A stretch of DNA of 64,000 nucleotides from Candidatus Peribacteria bacterium RIFOXYB1_FULL_54_35 (GCA_001787755.1 MFYJ01000001.1:946-64945); one strand, 5' to 3'; shown: positions 8,943 through 19,745, numbered from the stretch's first letter. The notes: a model not told the origin generated them from the letters alone. Numbers and translations are program-made.

Positions 8943-11198
8943 ATGGCTCGCTCCCACCGCAGAACCACACGCCACAGACATATGGCAAAGAGGAAAGCCC
9001 GGCAGCTGAAATTCAGCGAGAGCACGCGGAGGCAGATAAGCGGTACGGTACAGCTCTGTATCGGCATTCTCCTCCTGCTCGTACTCCAGCAGCAGGCGGG
9101 GATGATTGGTGAAAGTCTGCAGATCTTCCTGGTGTTCTTCTTTGGGAAGTGGGGAATTCTCTTCCCTCTGACACTCATCGTTTCCGGGTTGCTCCACTGG
9201 TTTGTGAATCCATCCAAACTCAATGCCAGAGAGAAGAGAATTCCCACCCGCATCTGGCTCGGGCTCGGGCTCTGCCTCGTTTCTTTCCTCGGTATGATGC
9301 ACATCGGCGCACCCGTGGAAGAGATCGGCACACGGAGAGATGAGCTTGCCGGCGCCATCGGCTTCATGGCCAGCATGCCTTTCCTGCTCTTTGCCAGCCG
9401 CGCTGTCGGGTACACCGTTCTCACATCCGTCTTTGTAGCAGGGTTATTCATAGCATTTGAACCGGATCTCCCTTCGCTCCTGAAAACTGGCAGTGCTCTG
9501 TTTTCTTCACGAAAGGAGAAGAAAACTGTGCAGCAGATCAGACGCAGAATCCCAGCGATGGAACAGGCGCGGGAAAAGGAACAGAAACATGAAGAAGAGG
9601 AAGAGGACCCTGACCTCATGGAGGAGGACCATGAACCGCCTGAACTCAATATCGTCCGTCCGATCTTCGCAAAACAGACGGTGAAAAATGTCGCAGCCAA
9701 AAGTCTGAAGAAGGCAGCAAAAGCCGCGAAGAATACCATCACCATGCAGGATACCCGCTTTGAGGAGTGGACTTTCCCCGGCTATGACCTCCTCGACGAC
9801 GCACAGAGCGAACTGACCGTGAACGACGAGGAGCTCAAGCGCCAGGCACGGCTGATAGAGGAGAAACTCGGTGAATTCGAGATTGAAGTCACGGTGCGCG
9901 ACGCACATCCCGGACCCACGGTGACGCAATTCACTCTCCAGCCTGCAGAAGGAGTGAAACTGAGCCGCATTGGCGCCTTAAAGGATGATCTTGCGCTTGC
10001 TCTTGCCGCTCCCAGCCTCCGCATAGAGGCACCCATTCCGGGAAAATCCCTCGTCGGCATTGAGATGCCGAACATCAAGAGAACTATCGTGCATCTCCGC
10101 GAAATCATGGAAAGCCCGGAATTCGTGCAGAGTACCTCCAACCTCACGCTCCCCCTCGGACGCGACGTGGGGGGAAAAGCCATCGTAGCGCCGCTCAACG
10201 GCATGCCGCACATCCTCATTGCCGGGGCAACAGGATCAGGAAAATCCGTCTGCATGAATACGTTCCTCATTTCGCTGCTCTACCAGAATGCCCCGGACCA
10301 ACTGAAACTCATTCTCATCGATCCCAAACGCGTGGAACTCGTGCCGTACGATGGCATCCCCCACCTCCTCACGCCGGTGATCACTGAAGCGGAAAAAGCC
10401 CTGCAGGCACTCCGCTGGGCCGTGGCAGAAATGGGACGCCGCCTCCACCGCTTCTCTGAGCAGGGAGTACGCAACATCGATGAATACAATGAGATACAGA
10501 CAGAAGAAGAGAACGTCATTCCCCGCGTCGTGATCGTGATCGATGAGCTCGCGGATCTCATGATGCGCCAGTTCCGCCGCGATACAGAAATGATGGTGGT
10601 ACGCATCGCGCAGATGGCACGTGCCACGGGCATGCACCTTGTCATCGCCACCCAGCGCCCGAGCGTGGATGTCATCACAGGACTGATCAAGGCCAACGTT
10701 CCCACACGCATCGCCTTCCGGACAGTGAGTTCTGTCGATAGCCGTACCATTCTCGACGGCATAGGTGCCGAAGATCTGCTCGGCAAAGGAGACATGCTCT
10801 ATCTGACCGCAGAGACACCAAGCCCCATGCGCGTTCAGGGTATTTTTGTCTCCACCAAAGAAGTCGAGCGGGTGATCAACGCCGTGAAGATCGCAGGAGG
10901 AGGAAAGATCACGGAGGAAATCCCGATGGATGAAATGGACGAAGGCCCCCTTGTCGCAGAGACAACTACTATCAACCTTGAAGCGGATGACAACGGCGGG
11001 GATGACCTCTTCTTCGAAGCGGTCCGCGTGGTACAGGAGACAGGAAGAGCTTCGGCAAGCCTGCTCCAGCGGCAGCTCAAAGTGGGATACGCACGCGCAG
11101 CACGGCTCCTGGACATTATGGAAGACAAAGGCATAGTGGGCCCGGCCGACGGTGCGAAACCGCGGAAGGTGTACATCGATACCATGGCAGCGCAGTGA
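8943..11198 (+). CDS. ftsK: DNA translocase FtsK
   Basis: 4TM N-domain, MPHILIAGATGSGKS, VIDELADLM, ATQRPSVDVITG, gamma domain SASLLQRQLKVGYARAARL. Confidence 0.97.
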   Translation: MARSHRRTTRHRHMAKRKARQLKFSESTRRQISGTVQLCIGILLLLVLQQQAGMIGESLQIFLVFFFGKWGILFPLTLIVSGLLHWFVNPSKLNAREKRIPTRIWLGLGLCLVSFLGMMHIGAPVEEIGTRRDELAGAIGFMASMPFLLFASRAVGYTVLTSVFVAGLFIAFEPDLPSLLKTGSALFSSRKEKKTVQQIRRRIPAMEQAREKEQKHEEEEEDPDLMEEDHEPPELNIVRPIFAKQTVKNVAAKSLKKAAKAAKNTITMQDTRFEEWTFPGYDLLDDAQSELTVNDEELKRQARLIEEKLGEFEIEVTVRDAHPGPTVTQFTLQPAEGVKLSRIGALKDDLALALAAPSLRIEAPIPGKSLVGIEMPNIKRTIVHLREIMESPEFVQSTSNLTLPLGRDVGGKAIVAPLNGMPHILIAGATGSGKSVCMNTFLISLLYQNAPDQLKLILIDPKRVELVPYDGIPHLLTPVITEAEKALQALRWAVAEMGRRLHRFSEQGVRNIDEYNEIQTEEENVIPRVVIVIDELADLMMRQFRRDTEMMVVRIAQMARATGMHLVIATQRPSVDVITGLIKANVPTRIAFRTVSSVDSRTILDGIGAEDLLGKGDMLYLTAETPSPMRVQGIFVSTKEVERVINAVKIAGGGKITEEIPMDEMDEGPLVAETTTINLEADDNGGDDLFFEAVRVVQETGRASASLLQRQLKVGYARAARLLDIMEDKGIVGPADGAKPRKVYIDTMAAQ

Positions 11199-11205
11199 TG
11201 TTTTC

Positions 11206-11330
11206 TAGAGAACCTCTGGAAAATACGAAAGCATGTCATGGTGAGCACTGTCGAACCACGACATGCATCAAATCGTCGCAGTTCGTCAGAGCTCACTGTG
11301 ACAATTTGGGTGTTTTCCAGAGGTTCCCTA
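11206..11330. mobile_element. MITE-like element with 21-bp terminal inverted repeats, TA ends and internal palindromes
   Basis: tagagaacctctggaaaatac (11206-11226) versus gtgttttccagaggttcccta (11310-11330), 19/21 complementary. Confidence 0.65.
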
Positions 11331-11375
11331 CACTAACAGTGAATCTTTCACCGCTTTCGATGGTACAATTTTCCC

Positions 11376-11969
11376 ATGAAACTCCTCATTGGAACGAACA
11401 ACACAGGAAAGGTAACAGAGATTGCAGAATGTCTTCGTGACACTTCCATCGAATTGATCACACCGAAAGATCTGGAGAAGGAGATTGCTGCACCGCCTGA
11501 GACGGGATCGAGTTTTGCAGAGAACGCCATCCAGAAAGCACGGCACTACCATGTGTTCACGGGACTGCCCACCATTGCAGATGATTCCGGGATCGAGGTG
11601 GATGCACTCGCAGGGGAACTTGGAGTGCACACTCGCCGCTGGGGCGCAGGGCCTGCAGCCTCCGATGAGGAGTGGATTGCGTACTTCCTCAAACGCATGA
11701 AGGAGGAAGAGAACAAACGAGCCCGCTTTGTCTGCTATCTCGCCCACTTCGATGCCGGGGGAAACCTCCACATGTTTGAGGGGATTTGCGACGGAACCAT
11801 CACAGAAGACCTCGAAGCAGACTATCTGCCTGGTTTGCCAATTTCCGCCTGCTTCCGGCCGGACGGCTACGATCTCGTGTACTCTGCCATGGGTATTGAA
11901 CAAAAAAATAGTACAAGCCACCGGGGCCGGGCCCTGAAGCAGTTCCGCGATTTCTTACTCCGCGGCTGA
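11376..11969 (+). CDS. rdgB: non-canonical purine NTP pyrophosphatase (Ham1/RdgB)
   Basis: GTNNTGKV, ADDSGIEVDALAGELGV, KNSTSHRGRA. Confidence 0.95.
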   Translation: MKLLIGTNNTGKVTEIAECLRDTSIELITPKDLEKEIAAPPETGSSFAENAIQKARHYHVFTGLPTIADDSGIEVDALAGELGVHTRRWGAGPAASDEEWIAYFLKRMKEEENKRARFVCYLAHFDAGGNLHMFEGICDGTITEDLEADYLPGLPISACFRPDGYDLVYSAMGIEQKNSTSHRGRALKQFRDFLLRG

Positions 11970-12047
11970 GGTTTATGAACCTCGGCAACGGAGTAATATG
12001 GAACACGAAAATTAGGTAAGCTATCTGAACCATTTCCTGCCAATTCT

Positions 12048-12458
12048 ATGGAAGCGATCACACAAATCATTCTTTCCCTTCTAGGTGTAATCGGAATTGG
12101 TGGAATCATCACTGCCTATTTCAACAGATTGAAGGAGATTGAATTTCAGAAGTTGGAACAAAAGCAAAAACGTTATAAATCATCGCTTCTCTACATGGAT
12201 GCTTATTTTGAACCTAAGAATATCAAGTATCTTTCAAGTAGACAGCCCGATATAAATAGTCCTAAAGATGTCTTGGAATATCTCAAAGCTGAATACCATG
12301 AGATGTTGTTATATGCATCTAAAGAAGTGATACTCGCAGTAAAACGATTTTTAGAAAATCCAAATAGAGCAAACTTCTTTGCTTCTGTCTTGGCCATGAG
12401 AAAAGATTTGTGGACCAAGAAAGTTGATGTCGATATTGAGGAAATATGCATTCAATGA
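12048..12458 (+). CDS. hypothetical membrane-anchored protein, AT-rich
   Basis: 136 aa with N-terminal TM helix; low GC relative to flanks. Confidence 0.7.
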   Translation: MEAITQIILSLLGVIGIGGIITAYFNRLKEIEFQKLEQKQKRYKSSLLYMDAYFEPKNIKYLSSRQPDINSPKDVLEYLKAEYHEMLLYASKEVILAVKRFLENPNRANFFASVLAMRKDLWTKKVDVDIEEICIQ

Positions 12459-12513
12459 AACATACCCACATAATTGCATCCAGACTTTCTCTCTGGCTTC
12501 TAATGCCGAAATG

Positions 12514-15510
12514 TCACTCTGAAAGTGGTGTAAAATCGAGCGCAGTAATCTTCCCCCACACTGTCTTCACAAGCTCCCTCAGTTCCTGCACTTCTGCATC
12601 CGTGATCTCCAGACTTATCTCCCTTCTCGCCTGGTCTTCCTTCCCAATATAATCGAGTGTAAAGAGTGTGGCTTCGTGCATGAACTTCGGGTCTGCATCG
12701 CAGAGCATTTTGTAGAACACAAGCTGGCGGAATATATTTTTTTTCTTCCGCACAGCTTCCTCTGTACGGCATGTGTTGCCTGTTTTATAGTCCAACACCC
12801 TGCAGATTCTTCCGTTTGGCTCGAAGAGATCTATACGGTCGACCTTCCCCTTAATGGGAACATCATCCACCACCGCATGAAGTGTTCTCTCGGCAGAGAG
12901 AATCATTGGAATACCGGAAGAAGTCTGCTCTCCGTATCTCCTGACTATTTCGCTCCCCTCCCGCAAATACTGCTCTCTCTCCTCTCTGGTTAAAATCTCC
13001 CTGTCCAAGTACTTCTGGAACGCAGAAACGAGTTCCTCTACAGAGAACTTCCTCCCTTCCTGCCAGGCAAGATTCCTATCTTCTAAGGCACCATGCACTG
13101 CAGTACCGAAAGCCATTTGAGGCTTTTTTTCGCTAGGACGCTGGAGCAGCTGCTCCCATAGAAACTGGTGGGGACCATTATCTTCATCGAGAAAAGCATT
13201 GAGGGCAGTGACCGAGAGTTCGTAGTCTTTGAGTCGCTCATCCAAAAATGCGCGGAAGGCAGTATCTATGGGCAACGGTGGTTTGCGGAGGGTCTCTATG
13301 GGGGTTGGAACATCTTTACCCTGTAGAACAGTTTCCTCTAGCTTCTCTCCGGCCTCCGCCACAAATGTACTAACCTGTGCATCCTGCATCTTCTCACCGG
13401 ACCGATACGTCTCTGGGAAAGTGAGAATGAGCTGCTTACGAGCACGCGTCATCGCTACGAAGAAGAGCCTGCGTTCATCTTCCTGTCCAGCCCGCCTTTC
13501 CACCTCTTTGTCGATATTGAAAATAAGGTGGTCTGGGAGGGCGAGTGTTGTCCTATTGCCGCTATCTCCCCAGTTCTTAAACCAGATATTGGCCATGACA
13601 ACCACATCGAACTCCAGCCCCTTGGCTCCGTGCGCGGTCATGAGCTGTACGCCATCCTGCACGAGGTGCGGAAGGTCGTACTCCAGTTTAAGCTTTGGTT
13701 CGCTGAGGTACTGGTCTATATCTGAGAGGAGATTGCGTAGTGTGAGTGTTTTTACTTCGTAACATCTGCTTTTCACGTACTCATAAAACACATGCAGCCC
13801 CGCAATACCTCTGGGATCAGCCTCTGTGTCTTCAATATCCGGAAGGAGTTTTGCACCCGTAAGAGCTTCTGCCACAACTGCAGTAAGAGTTTTATTCGGC
13901 ATTTCGCTATTCATTTTTGTGATGAATTCATGCGCACTCCGTATGGCTTCTGAAGAAGGTTCCTCTGTGAGAAGGTATTCGTGGAGTGAGAGCCTGTCGC
14001 CTTCTCTATTCCTGCTACGGAAGTTCATCCACAGCCTGCCTAAATCTGCAGGAGAGCAGCCGAAGCAAGGGAGCGCCAGGGCGGCAGAGAGCGCACTGGA
14101 TACCGCAGGCTCTGCGACAGCACGGAGTAGACTCACGGCTTCAAGTACCTGAGGATGCCGCACAAGATCCTGCTTGGCAGTGACCACGGCAGGAATACCC
14201 GCGGAAGTGAGAACATCGGAAATATCCAGTACCTCTTCATTCCTTCTGCATATCAGCGCCATTTCCTTCCAGGGAACTCCCTGCTCTTTCGCTTTACGAA
14301 GAAATTGGACAATGCCTGCGTACTCCGTACTTGTATCTGGGAAGCGTACAAACCGCGGCTTCACGCCCTTCTCCTTCTTTGTGGAAACAAGATACTTTTC
14401 TACGCCTCCAATTTTTCCCGCCAAGCGCTCCTCATTGACTGCTATCACCTCGGAAGCGGCATCGAGTATGGGCTGGAATGAACGGTAGTTTTTCGTAAGT
14501 GTAATGACTGCAGTACTGGGAAAACGCTCGAGAAATGAGAACATATTGCCGATGTTTGCCCCTTGGAACCGGAAAATAGCCTGATCGTCATCTCCAACAA
14601 CAAAGATATTCGGCTGCAAATCCGAATGCACGAACGTAGTGAGAAGATCCAGCACCCTGTTCTGCGCGCCGTTTAAGTCCTGGAATTCATCCACAAGTAT
14701 GTACTGGTACCGCTCCTGCAGAGAACTCAGCAGCCAGTCGTTCTCCTTGAGCGCCTGTAGCGTAACCAGAATCATGTCATCGTAGTCGTAACGATGGCTC
14801 TCCTGCAGTACTTTCCCATACTCCTCGTAGACCGCAATAAACTCCTTCAACTGCTCAACCCTTCGCAGATCCTTCTTATACGCATCAGATGAAAGATCGC
14901 GCTCGCGCCCGGCGGGAGTTTTTTTAATTTCCTGTGCGTAGGGCACTACATGTTTCTTCAGCTCCGCAGGTGAAATTCCTTCTTTCTTCATTTTTGTTAT
15001 CCGATCCAACACGTCTGCCGCCCTATCTTGCTCTGCAACCGGATTGTAGAGGGTAGAAGTAGAGCCAAGTGCCTTTATCGCGTTGCGCACAATCTGCAGT
15101 TGCTCGATAGCACTTACTTGTTCCTGCACCCGAAAATCCACAAAAATGTGCGGGTACTGCTGAATGAGATCGTTACAAAAGCTGTGAATGGTGCTCACCG
15201 TAATACCGTATGCGTCGGGCCCTATGATGCTTCGCAGTCGCTCCCGCATCTCCTTTGTGCCCGAAGTTGTGTAGGTAAGGCAGAGAATGTTCCCAGGGCG
15301 CATTTGCGTTTTTTTGAGAATGTATGCCACTCTCATACCCAGTACCTCTGTCTTCCCCGTTCCAGGTCCGGCAACAACCATCACCGGACCCTCAATCGTC
15401 TCCACAGCAAGTTTCTGAGCGTCGTTGAGCTCTGCGAAACGGCTCTCAAACACACCCTCATTTTGCTTCCGCTTCTTCGCCGTCGACCTGGTCTTGAGAG
15501 ACTGCTTCAC
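12514..15510 (-). CDS. UvrD/PcrA-family helicase with C-terminal PD-(D/E)XK nuclease (AddA/AdnA-like)
   Basis: AGPGTGKT, VDEFQD, VGDDDQAIFRFQGA, TAHGAKGLEF, C-terminal GKVDRID...LDYKTG...QL. Confidence 0.93.
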   Translation of the reverse strand: MKQSLKTRSTAKKRKQNEGVFESRFAELNDAQKLAVETIEGPVMVVAGPGTGKTEVLGMRVAYILKKTQMRPGNILCLTYTTSGTKEMRERLRSIIGPDAYGITVSTIHSFCNDLIQQYPHIFVDFRVQEQVSAIEQLQIVRNAIKALGSTSTLYNPVAEQDRAADVLDRITKMKKEGISPAELKKHVVPYAQEIKKTPAGRERDLSSDAYKKDLRRVEQLKEFIAVYEEYGKVLQESHRYDYDDMILVTLQALKENDWLLSSLQERYQYILVDEFQDLNGAQNRVLDLLTTFVHSDLQPNIFVVGDDDQAIFRFQGANIGNMFSFLERFPSTAVITLTKNYRSFQPILDAASEVIAVNEERLAGKIGGVEKYLVSTKKEKGVKPRFVRFPDTSTEYAGIVQFLRKAKEQGVPWKEMALICRRNEEVLDISDVLTSAGIPAVVTAKQDLVRHPQVLEAVSLLRAVAEPAVSSALSAALALPCFGCSPADLGRLWMNFRSRNREGDRLSLHEYLLTEEPSSEAIRSAHEFITKMNSEMPNKTLTAVVAEALTGAKLLPDIEDTEADPRGIAGLHVFYEYVKSRCYEVKTLTLRNLLSDIDQYLSEPKLKLEYDLPHLVQDGVQLMTAHGAKGLEFDVVVMANIWFKNWGDSGNRTTLALPDHLIFNIDKEVERRAGQEDERRLFFVAMTRARKQLILTFPETYRSGEKMQDAQVSTFVAEAGEKLEETVLQGKDVPTPIETLRKPPLPIDTAFRAFLDERLKDYELSVTALNAFLDEDNGPHQFLWEQLLQRPSEKKPQMAFGTAVHGALEDRNLAWQEGRKFSVEELVSAFQKYLDREILTREEREQYLREGSEIVRRYGEQTSSGIPMILSAERTLHAVVDDVPIKGKVDRIDLFEPNGRICRVLDYKTGNTCRTEEAVRKKKNIFRQLVFYKMLCDADPKFMHEATLFTLDYIGKEDQARREISLEITDAEVQELRELVKTVWGKITALDFTPLSE

Positions 15511-15525
15511 AGCCGCATGCTATCA

Positions 15526-15604
15526 CCAGCCTTCGCCCCGCGCACGCGGGGCTACCTGTCCGCCGTAGTCCGCTGCAAGTGGACGGAGGTGGATGGCCGG
15601 CGAG
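15526..15604. repeat. two nested REP-like palindromes
   Basis: Inner 15555-15593 cctgtccgccgtagtccgctgcaagtggacggaggtgga interrupts outer ccagccttcgccccgcgcacgcggggcta|tggccggcgag. Confidence 0.75.
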
Positions 15605-15799
15605 ATCTGCCATCGTTCAATGATCGAAGGTGTTCAACTCCAAGCCAGCGGGTACCAACAGAAAACACCCTTCCCTGAGTAATTCTGCAGCAGAGAGAAT
15701 CCCATTGCCAGAAACACCTCTCCGATGTACTGATTGCATTCCCAAAGCCATATTCATGATAGAGTCTACTCACCGTATTTTCTCCCCCTCCCCTTTCCT

Positions 15800-16078
15800 A
15801 TGGCAACCCCCACCCCCACACCGACTGATTCCGGCAGCTGCTGCAGGCCTGGTGGCAGTTGCGGCAAATGCCCCATGGACAAGATCGTCCTCATCCTGGT
15901 CCTCATTGGAGGCATTAACTGGGGTCTCATCGGCCTTGGCGGCTTCCTCGGCAAGAACCTGAATGTTGTGAACCTGCTCCTTGGCGGTGTGCCTACACTC
16001 GAGTACGTCGTATACATACTCGTCGGTCTCGCGGCACTCAAGGAGGCAGTATTTCTCGGCAAGTGCTGTAAGAAGTAG
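15800..16078 (+). CDS. DUF378 family membrane protein with Cys-rich termini
   Basis: LVLIGGINWGLIG...VYILVGLAAL; ATG at 15800. Confidence 0.85.
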   Translation: MATPTPTPTDSGSCCRPGGSCGKCPMDKIVLILVLIGGINWGLIGLGGFLGKNLNVVNLLLGGVPTLEYVVYILVGLAALKEAVFLGKCCKK

Positions 16079-16170
16079 GACACTTTTTCCTCCGCAGGCA
16101 ACAGACCTCTCTCGTGGAGGAAAAGAACCATGGTACACTGTGAGTTTGGTTATCCTTTTCCCTCTCCCCT

Positions 16171-16380
16171 ATGGAAAAATCAATGATACGTAATGTCGCG
16201 AAGCTCCTCGTCCTCATCGGATCCATCAACTGGGGGCTGGTCGGCATCAGCTTCTTTTCGGGCGGCGACCTCAACGTCGTCAAGATGCTTGTGGGTCAGT
16301 GGCCGGCCGTCGAAGCCATCGTGTACATTCTCGTGGGCTTAAGCGCTCTCTACCTGCTCATTCCGGGAAAGAGGAGCTAA
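16171..16380 (+). CDS. DUF378 family membrane protein
   Basis: LVLIGSINWGLVG...VYILVGLSAL. Confidence 0.88.
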   Translation: MEKSMIRNVAKLLVLIGSINWGLVGISFFSGGDLNVVKMLVGQWPAVEAIVYILVGLSALYLLIPGKRS

Positions 16381-16398
16381 ACATCCACCGATATCCTG

Positions 16399-16425
16399 AA
16401 AAGAGCCGCAGCTGCGGCTCTTTTT
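16399..16425. terminator. bidirectional intrinsic terminator
   Basis: aaaagagccgca-gc-tgcggctcttttt between convergent DUF378 and rpoD. Confidence 0.8.
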
Positions 16426-17865
16426 CTATGCCGCTTTTTTCCTTTCCCCTCCCAGATCCTTCCGGAGTAAATTCTCCAATGAACCATCCGTATCGAAGAA
16501 CGGACTGCTCGGGGTGAACCCGACGCGCTTGGGGGCTCCGCCATGCTCACGAATGGTCATGGAACGGGGATGATCCCTCATTTTCTGCAGAACCTTCGCC
16601 TCGATTTGACGAATGCGCTCCCGGGTGACACCGAACTCCTTGCCCACTTCTTCCAACGTGTGCCCGATGCCGTCATTCAGACCGAACCGCATTTCGATAA
16701 TTTTGCGCTCGCGCGGCGTGAGGAACTCCAGCATGGAGTGCACATTCTCCTTGCGGAGTTGCCGGTTTGTGGCATCGAACGGATTGATCGCTTCCTCATC
16801 TTCAATGAAATCACCGAGCTTGCTGTCTTCCTCGCTCCCCACCGGAGACTCGAGCGAGATGATGTCCTGGCTGATCTTCTGGATATGACGCACTTTCTTC
16901 ACATCCATTTCCATTTCAACGGAAAGCTCTTCCACAGTCGGCTCCCGACCGAGCTCCTGCACCAGGCGGCGCTGCGTGTGTGTGAGCTTGTTGATGGTTT
17001 CCACCATGTGGACGGGGATACGGATGGTGCGCGCCTGATCCGCAATAGCACGGGTGATAGCCTGGCGGATCCACCACGTCGCATATGTGGAGAACTTGAA
17101 TCCGCGCTCCGGATCGAATTTCTCCACTGCACGGAACAGACCGATATTTCCCTCCTGGATAAGATCGAGGAAAGAGAGACCACGACCAATGTACTTCTTC
17201 GCGATGCTGACCACGAGACGCAGATTTGCTTCCGCCAGCTGCTGCTTCGCGGATGCATCACCTTTGCGAATGCGCCGTGCCAGTTCCACTTCCTTCTTGG
17301 CATCGATGAGCGGGACACGGCCAATTTCCGAAAGGTACATGCGTACGGAGTCATTGCTGATCTCCAGAAGATCAATCTCCCGTTCACGACGGCGTTTCCC
17401 TTTCTCCTCTTCTGAAATTTCCTTGTCATCGATGGCAATGCCGGCTGTGGCGATCACATCGAGCGCGTCATCATCGGCATCACTCACTGTATCCACTTTC
17501 CCTTCCGCCTCAGTCTCCAATGCATCTTCATCTGTATCAGTATCCGTATCAATATCAGTTTCATCGAACGTGGCAACATCCGTAAGATCCTCTACCGGCT
17601 CCCCGAGATCAGACTTGCTCTTCTTCTCCCAGATCAGCGCATCCTTCACATCGATCACCTGAATACCAAGATCCACGAGCAGCGTGTAGATTTCATCGAG
17701 CAAATCGACGTTCAGTTCTGCATTGGGAACCACCTGCATAATCTCCTGATGTGTGACATACCGCTGCTCACGCCCTTTCTTTATGAGATGCTTCACGGCG
17801 TCTGGCAACCCTTTGAGATCGTCATCGGTGGGTTGCGCAATGAATTTTCGCGGATGGGAAGCCAT
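16426..17865 (-). CDS. rpoD: primary sigma factor RpoD
   Basis: [60 protein letters not shown]. Likely start MASH at 17865. Confidence 0.97.
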   Translation of the reverse strand: MASHPRKFIAQPTDDDLKGLPDAVKHLIKKGREQRYVTHQEIMQVVPNAELNVDLLDEIYTLLVDLGIQVIDVKDALIWEKKSKSDLGEPVEDLTDVATFDETDIDTDTDTDEDALETEAEGKVDTVSDADDDALDVIATAGIAIDDKEISEEEKGKRRREREIDLLEISNDSVRMYLSEIGRVPLIDAKKEVELARRIRKGDASAKQQLAEANLRLVVSIAKKYIGRGLSFLDLIQEGNIGLFRAVEKFDPERGFKFSTYATWWIRQAITRAIADQARTIRIPVHMVETINKLTHTQRRLVQELGREPTVEELSVEMEMDVKKVRHIQKISQDIISLESPVGSEEDSKLGDFIEDEEAINPFDATNRQLRKENVHSMLEFLTPRERKIIEMRFGLNDGIGHTLEEVGKEFGVTRERIRQIEAKVLQKMRDHPRSMTIREHGGAPKRVGFTPSSPFFDTDGSLENLLRKDLGGERKKAA

Positions 17866-17978
17866 GTGAGCACGAAGTATAGGCGAAAAAAGCCAATCGC
17901 CAAGTGGCACACAGGGTACTGCCTCATTCCTGGAAAGAAAAGAGATTCTCAAGAGAAAACTCCCAGGGACTCACGTGC

Positions 17979-19745
17979 TTAGAGTGCCATCTTTGCCAGT
18001 TTGAGCACCTGCTGATACTGCGTGGTCAGCTGTGCTTCGTCGTGCGGGCGTCCCTCTGCACGTGCCTGCATAAGCTGCTTTGCAATATCTCGCTGTTTGC
18101 GCTGCAGGAATTCATGGTTTGCATTTTTGCAGTTCTTCCGTATTTCCTGCACAGAAAGCCCCTCTGACCAGTTTGCCATGTCGTGATCCTCGCAGTACAG
18201 AAGAAGGATGGAAAGACGTTCCCTGTACTCCTCCGGAATAGTGAGCATGTCCGGCGTGAGGCTCTGCTCCTCCGGCACTTGTTTGATCGCCTGATAGAGA
18301 ACCTCTTCCATTCCCTCCTCCGGGGCAATGAGCTGATCGAGTAGATGCCGGTTGCCGGGGTACAGCAGAAAAAGGGCAAGACTGACTTCCATACTGGAAA
18401 ATGATTTCCGGCGAGAGGCATCTTCTTCCGATGGCGCCTCCTCCGGTGCTGGTTCTGCCACCCACATCTGCTTCGGCAGGTTGGCAAGATCTTCCCTGAG
18501 TGCTATTTCGGTGGTACCGAGCAGACCGGCCACCTTGAGAAGATAGTGTGACTTCTCAACGGCAGAAGGAATGGAATCAATGAGTGGAAGCACAGTTTTC
18601 AGCATTGTCCGCTTCCCCTGCACAGAAGAGAGATCCTGTCCTTCAAGCTGCCGCAGGACATGCTCCACGTACGGGACATCCCGCTCCTGCAGAATCTTCG
18701 TGAGCAAACCGGGATCCTTCACGGCTGTTTCATCGGGATCTTTGTCGGGCAGAACAACGGTCTGGACATTGAGTCCCTCCGCCGAGCAGAGATGGAACGC
18801 CCTCTCCGCAGCCGTGCGGCCCGCCGTATCCTGGTCGAGGCAGAGCACCACTGTTTCCGTATGGCGCTTGAGCAGCTTGGCGTGTTCCTGCGTGAATGCG
18901 GTGCCGCACGCTGCGACGACATTACTCACACCGACACGATGGCAGGCCAGCAGATCGAAGTAGCCTTCGACAACGATGACCTTCTTCACAGGACGCATGG
19001 CCTCCTTCGCGTGATGGAACCCATAGAGCACAGAGGACTTGCGGTAGAGGGGCCCTTCCGCGGAGTTGATATACTTGGCATCGCCCTCGCCGAGCGTGCG
19101 GCCGCCGAAAGCAACGAGTTTCCCCTGATGGTCATGAATGGGAAACATGATGCGGTTGCGGAAGCGGTCATATATTTTCCCTTCCTTGAGATCCTTCTGA
19201 ATACCGAGCCCCGCTTTCATGATCTCACTCTTCGAAAAACCCTCCTTGAGGAGATGTTCGTATGTCTGAGAGAAAGAATCAGGCGCATACCCCAGACCGA
19301 ATTGCTTCACCTGGTCCTGGGGAATACAACGCTCCTGGAGATATTTCATTGCGGCAGGACTCTGCTTGAAGTTCCTCTCGTAGAACTTCTGCACCGTTTC
19401 AAGGCACTCCCTTAAGCGCTCTTTTTCATCTTTCTTCACAGCGTCCACCTGTACATCTTTCACATCCACACCCGTCTTCTCTCCCAGATCTATGAGCGCC
19501 TGCCGGAAATCCACGCCCTCGATCTTCTGGTAGAAACTGAAGATGTCCCCGCCGTTATTACAGGCAAAGCAGAATGCAATCCCCTTGTCCGGCGAAACGA
19601 GCATGCTCGGATGCGTGTCGTTGTGGAACGGGCAGAGACACTTGAAGTGCTTCCCCTTCTTCTGGAGCGCACAGTACTGCCCGACCAGTTCGTCGATGGG
19701 AAGCCGCGCTTTGATCTCGAAGACTGGATCCATTGAGGGAAACAT
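17979..19745 (-). CDS. dnaG: DNA primase
   Basis: CPFHNDTHPS zinc finger, FRNRIMFPI, KYINS, TOPRIM VEGYFD...DQDTAG. Confidence 0.97.
   Translation of the reverse strand: MFPSMDPVFEIKARLPIDELVGQYCALQKKGKHFKCLCPFHNDTHPSMLVSPDKGIAFCFACNNGGDIFSFYQKIEGVDFRQALIDLGEKTGVDVKDVQVDAVKKDEKERLRECLETVQKFYERNFKQSPAAMKYLQERCIPQDQVKQFGLGYAPDSFSQTYEHLLKEGFSKSEIMKAGLGIQKDLKEGKIYDRFRNRIMFPIHDHQGKLVAFGGRTLGEGDAKYINSAEGPLYRKSSVLYGFHHAKEAMRPVKKVIVVEGYFDLLACHRVGVSNVVAACGTAFTQEHAKLLKRHTETVVLCLDQDTAGRTAAERAFHLCSAEGLNVQTVVLPDKDPDETAVKDPGLLTKILQERDVPYVEHVLRQLEGQDLSSVQGKRTMLKTVLPLIDSIPSAVEKSHYLLKVAGLLGTTEIALREDLANLPKQMWVAEPAPEEAPSEEDASRRKSFSSMEVSLALFLLYPGNRHLLDQLIAPEEGMEEVLYQAIKQVPEEQSLTPDMLTIPEEYRERLSILLLYCEDHDMANWSEGLSVQEIRKNCKNANHEFLQRKQRDIAKQLMQARAEGRPHDEAQLTTQYQQVLKLAKMAL

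Noticed and set aside
12459-12513. Possible duplicated UvrD tail next to the AT-rich gene
   Set aside because: Only E and VW match (EAREKVW versus ELVKTVW), consistent with chance.
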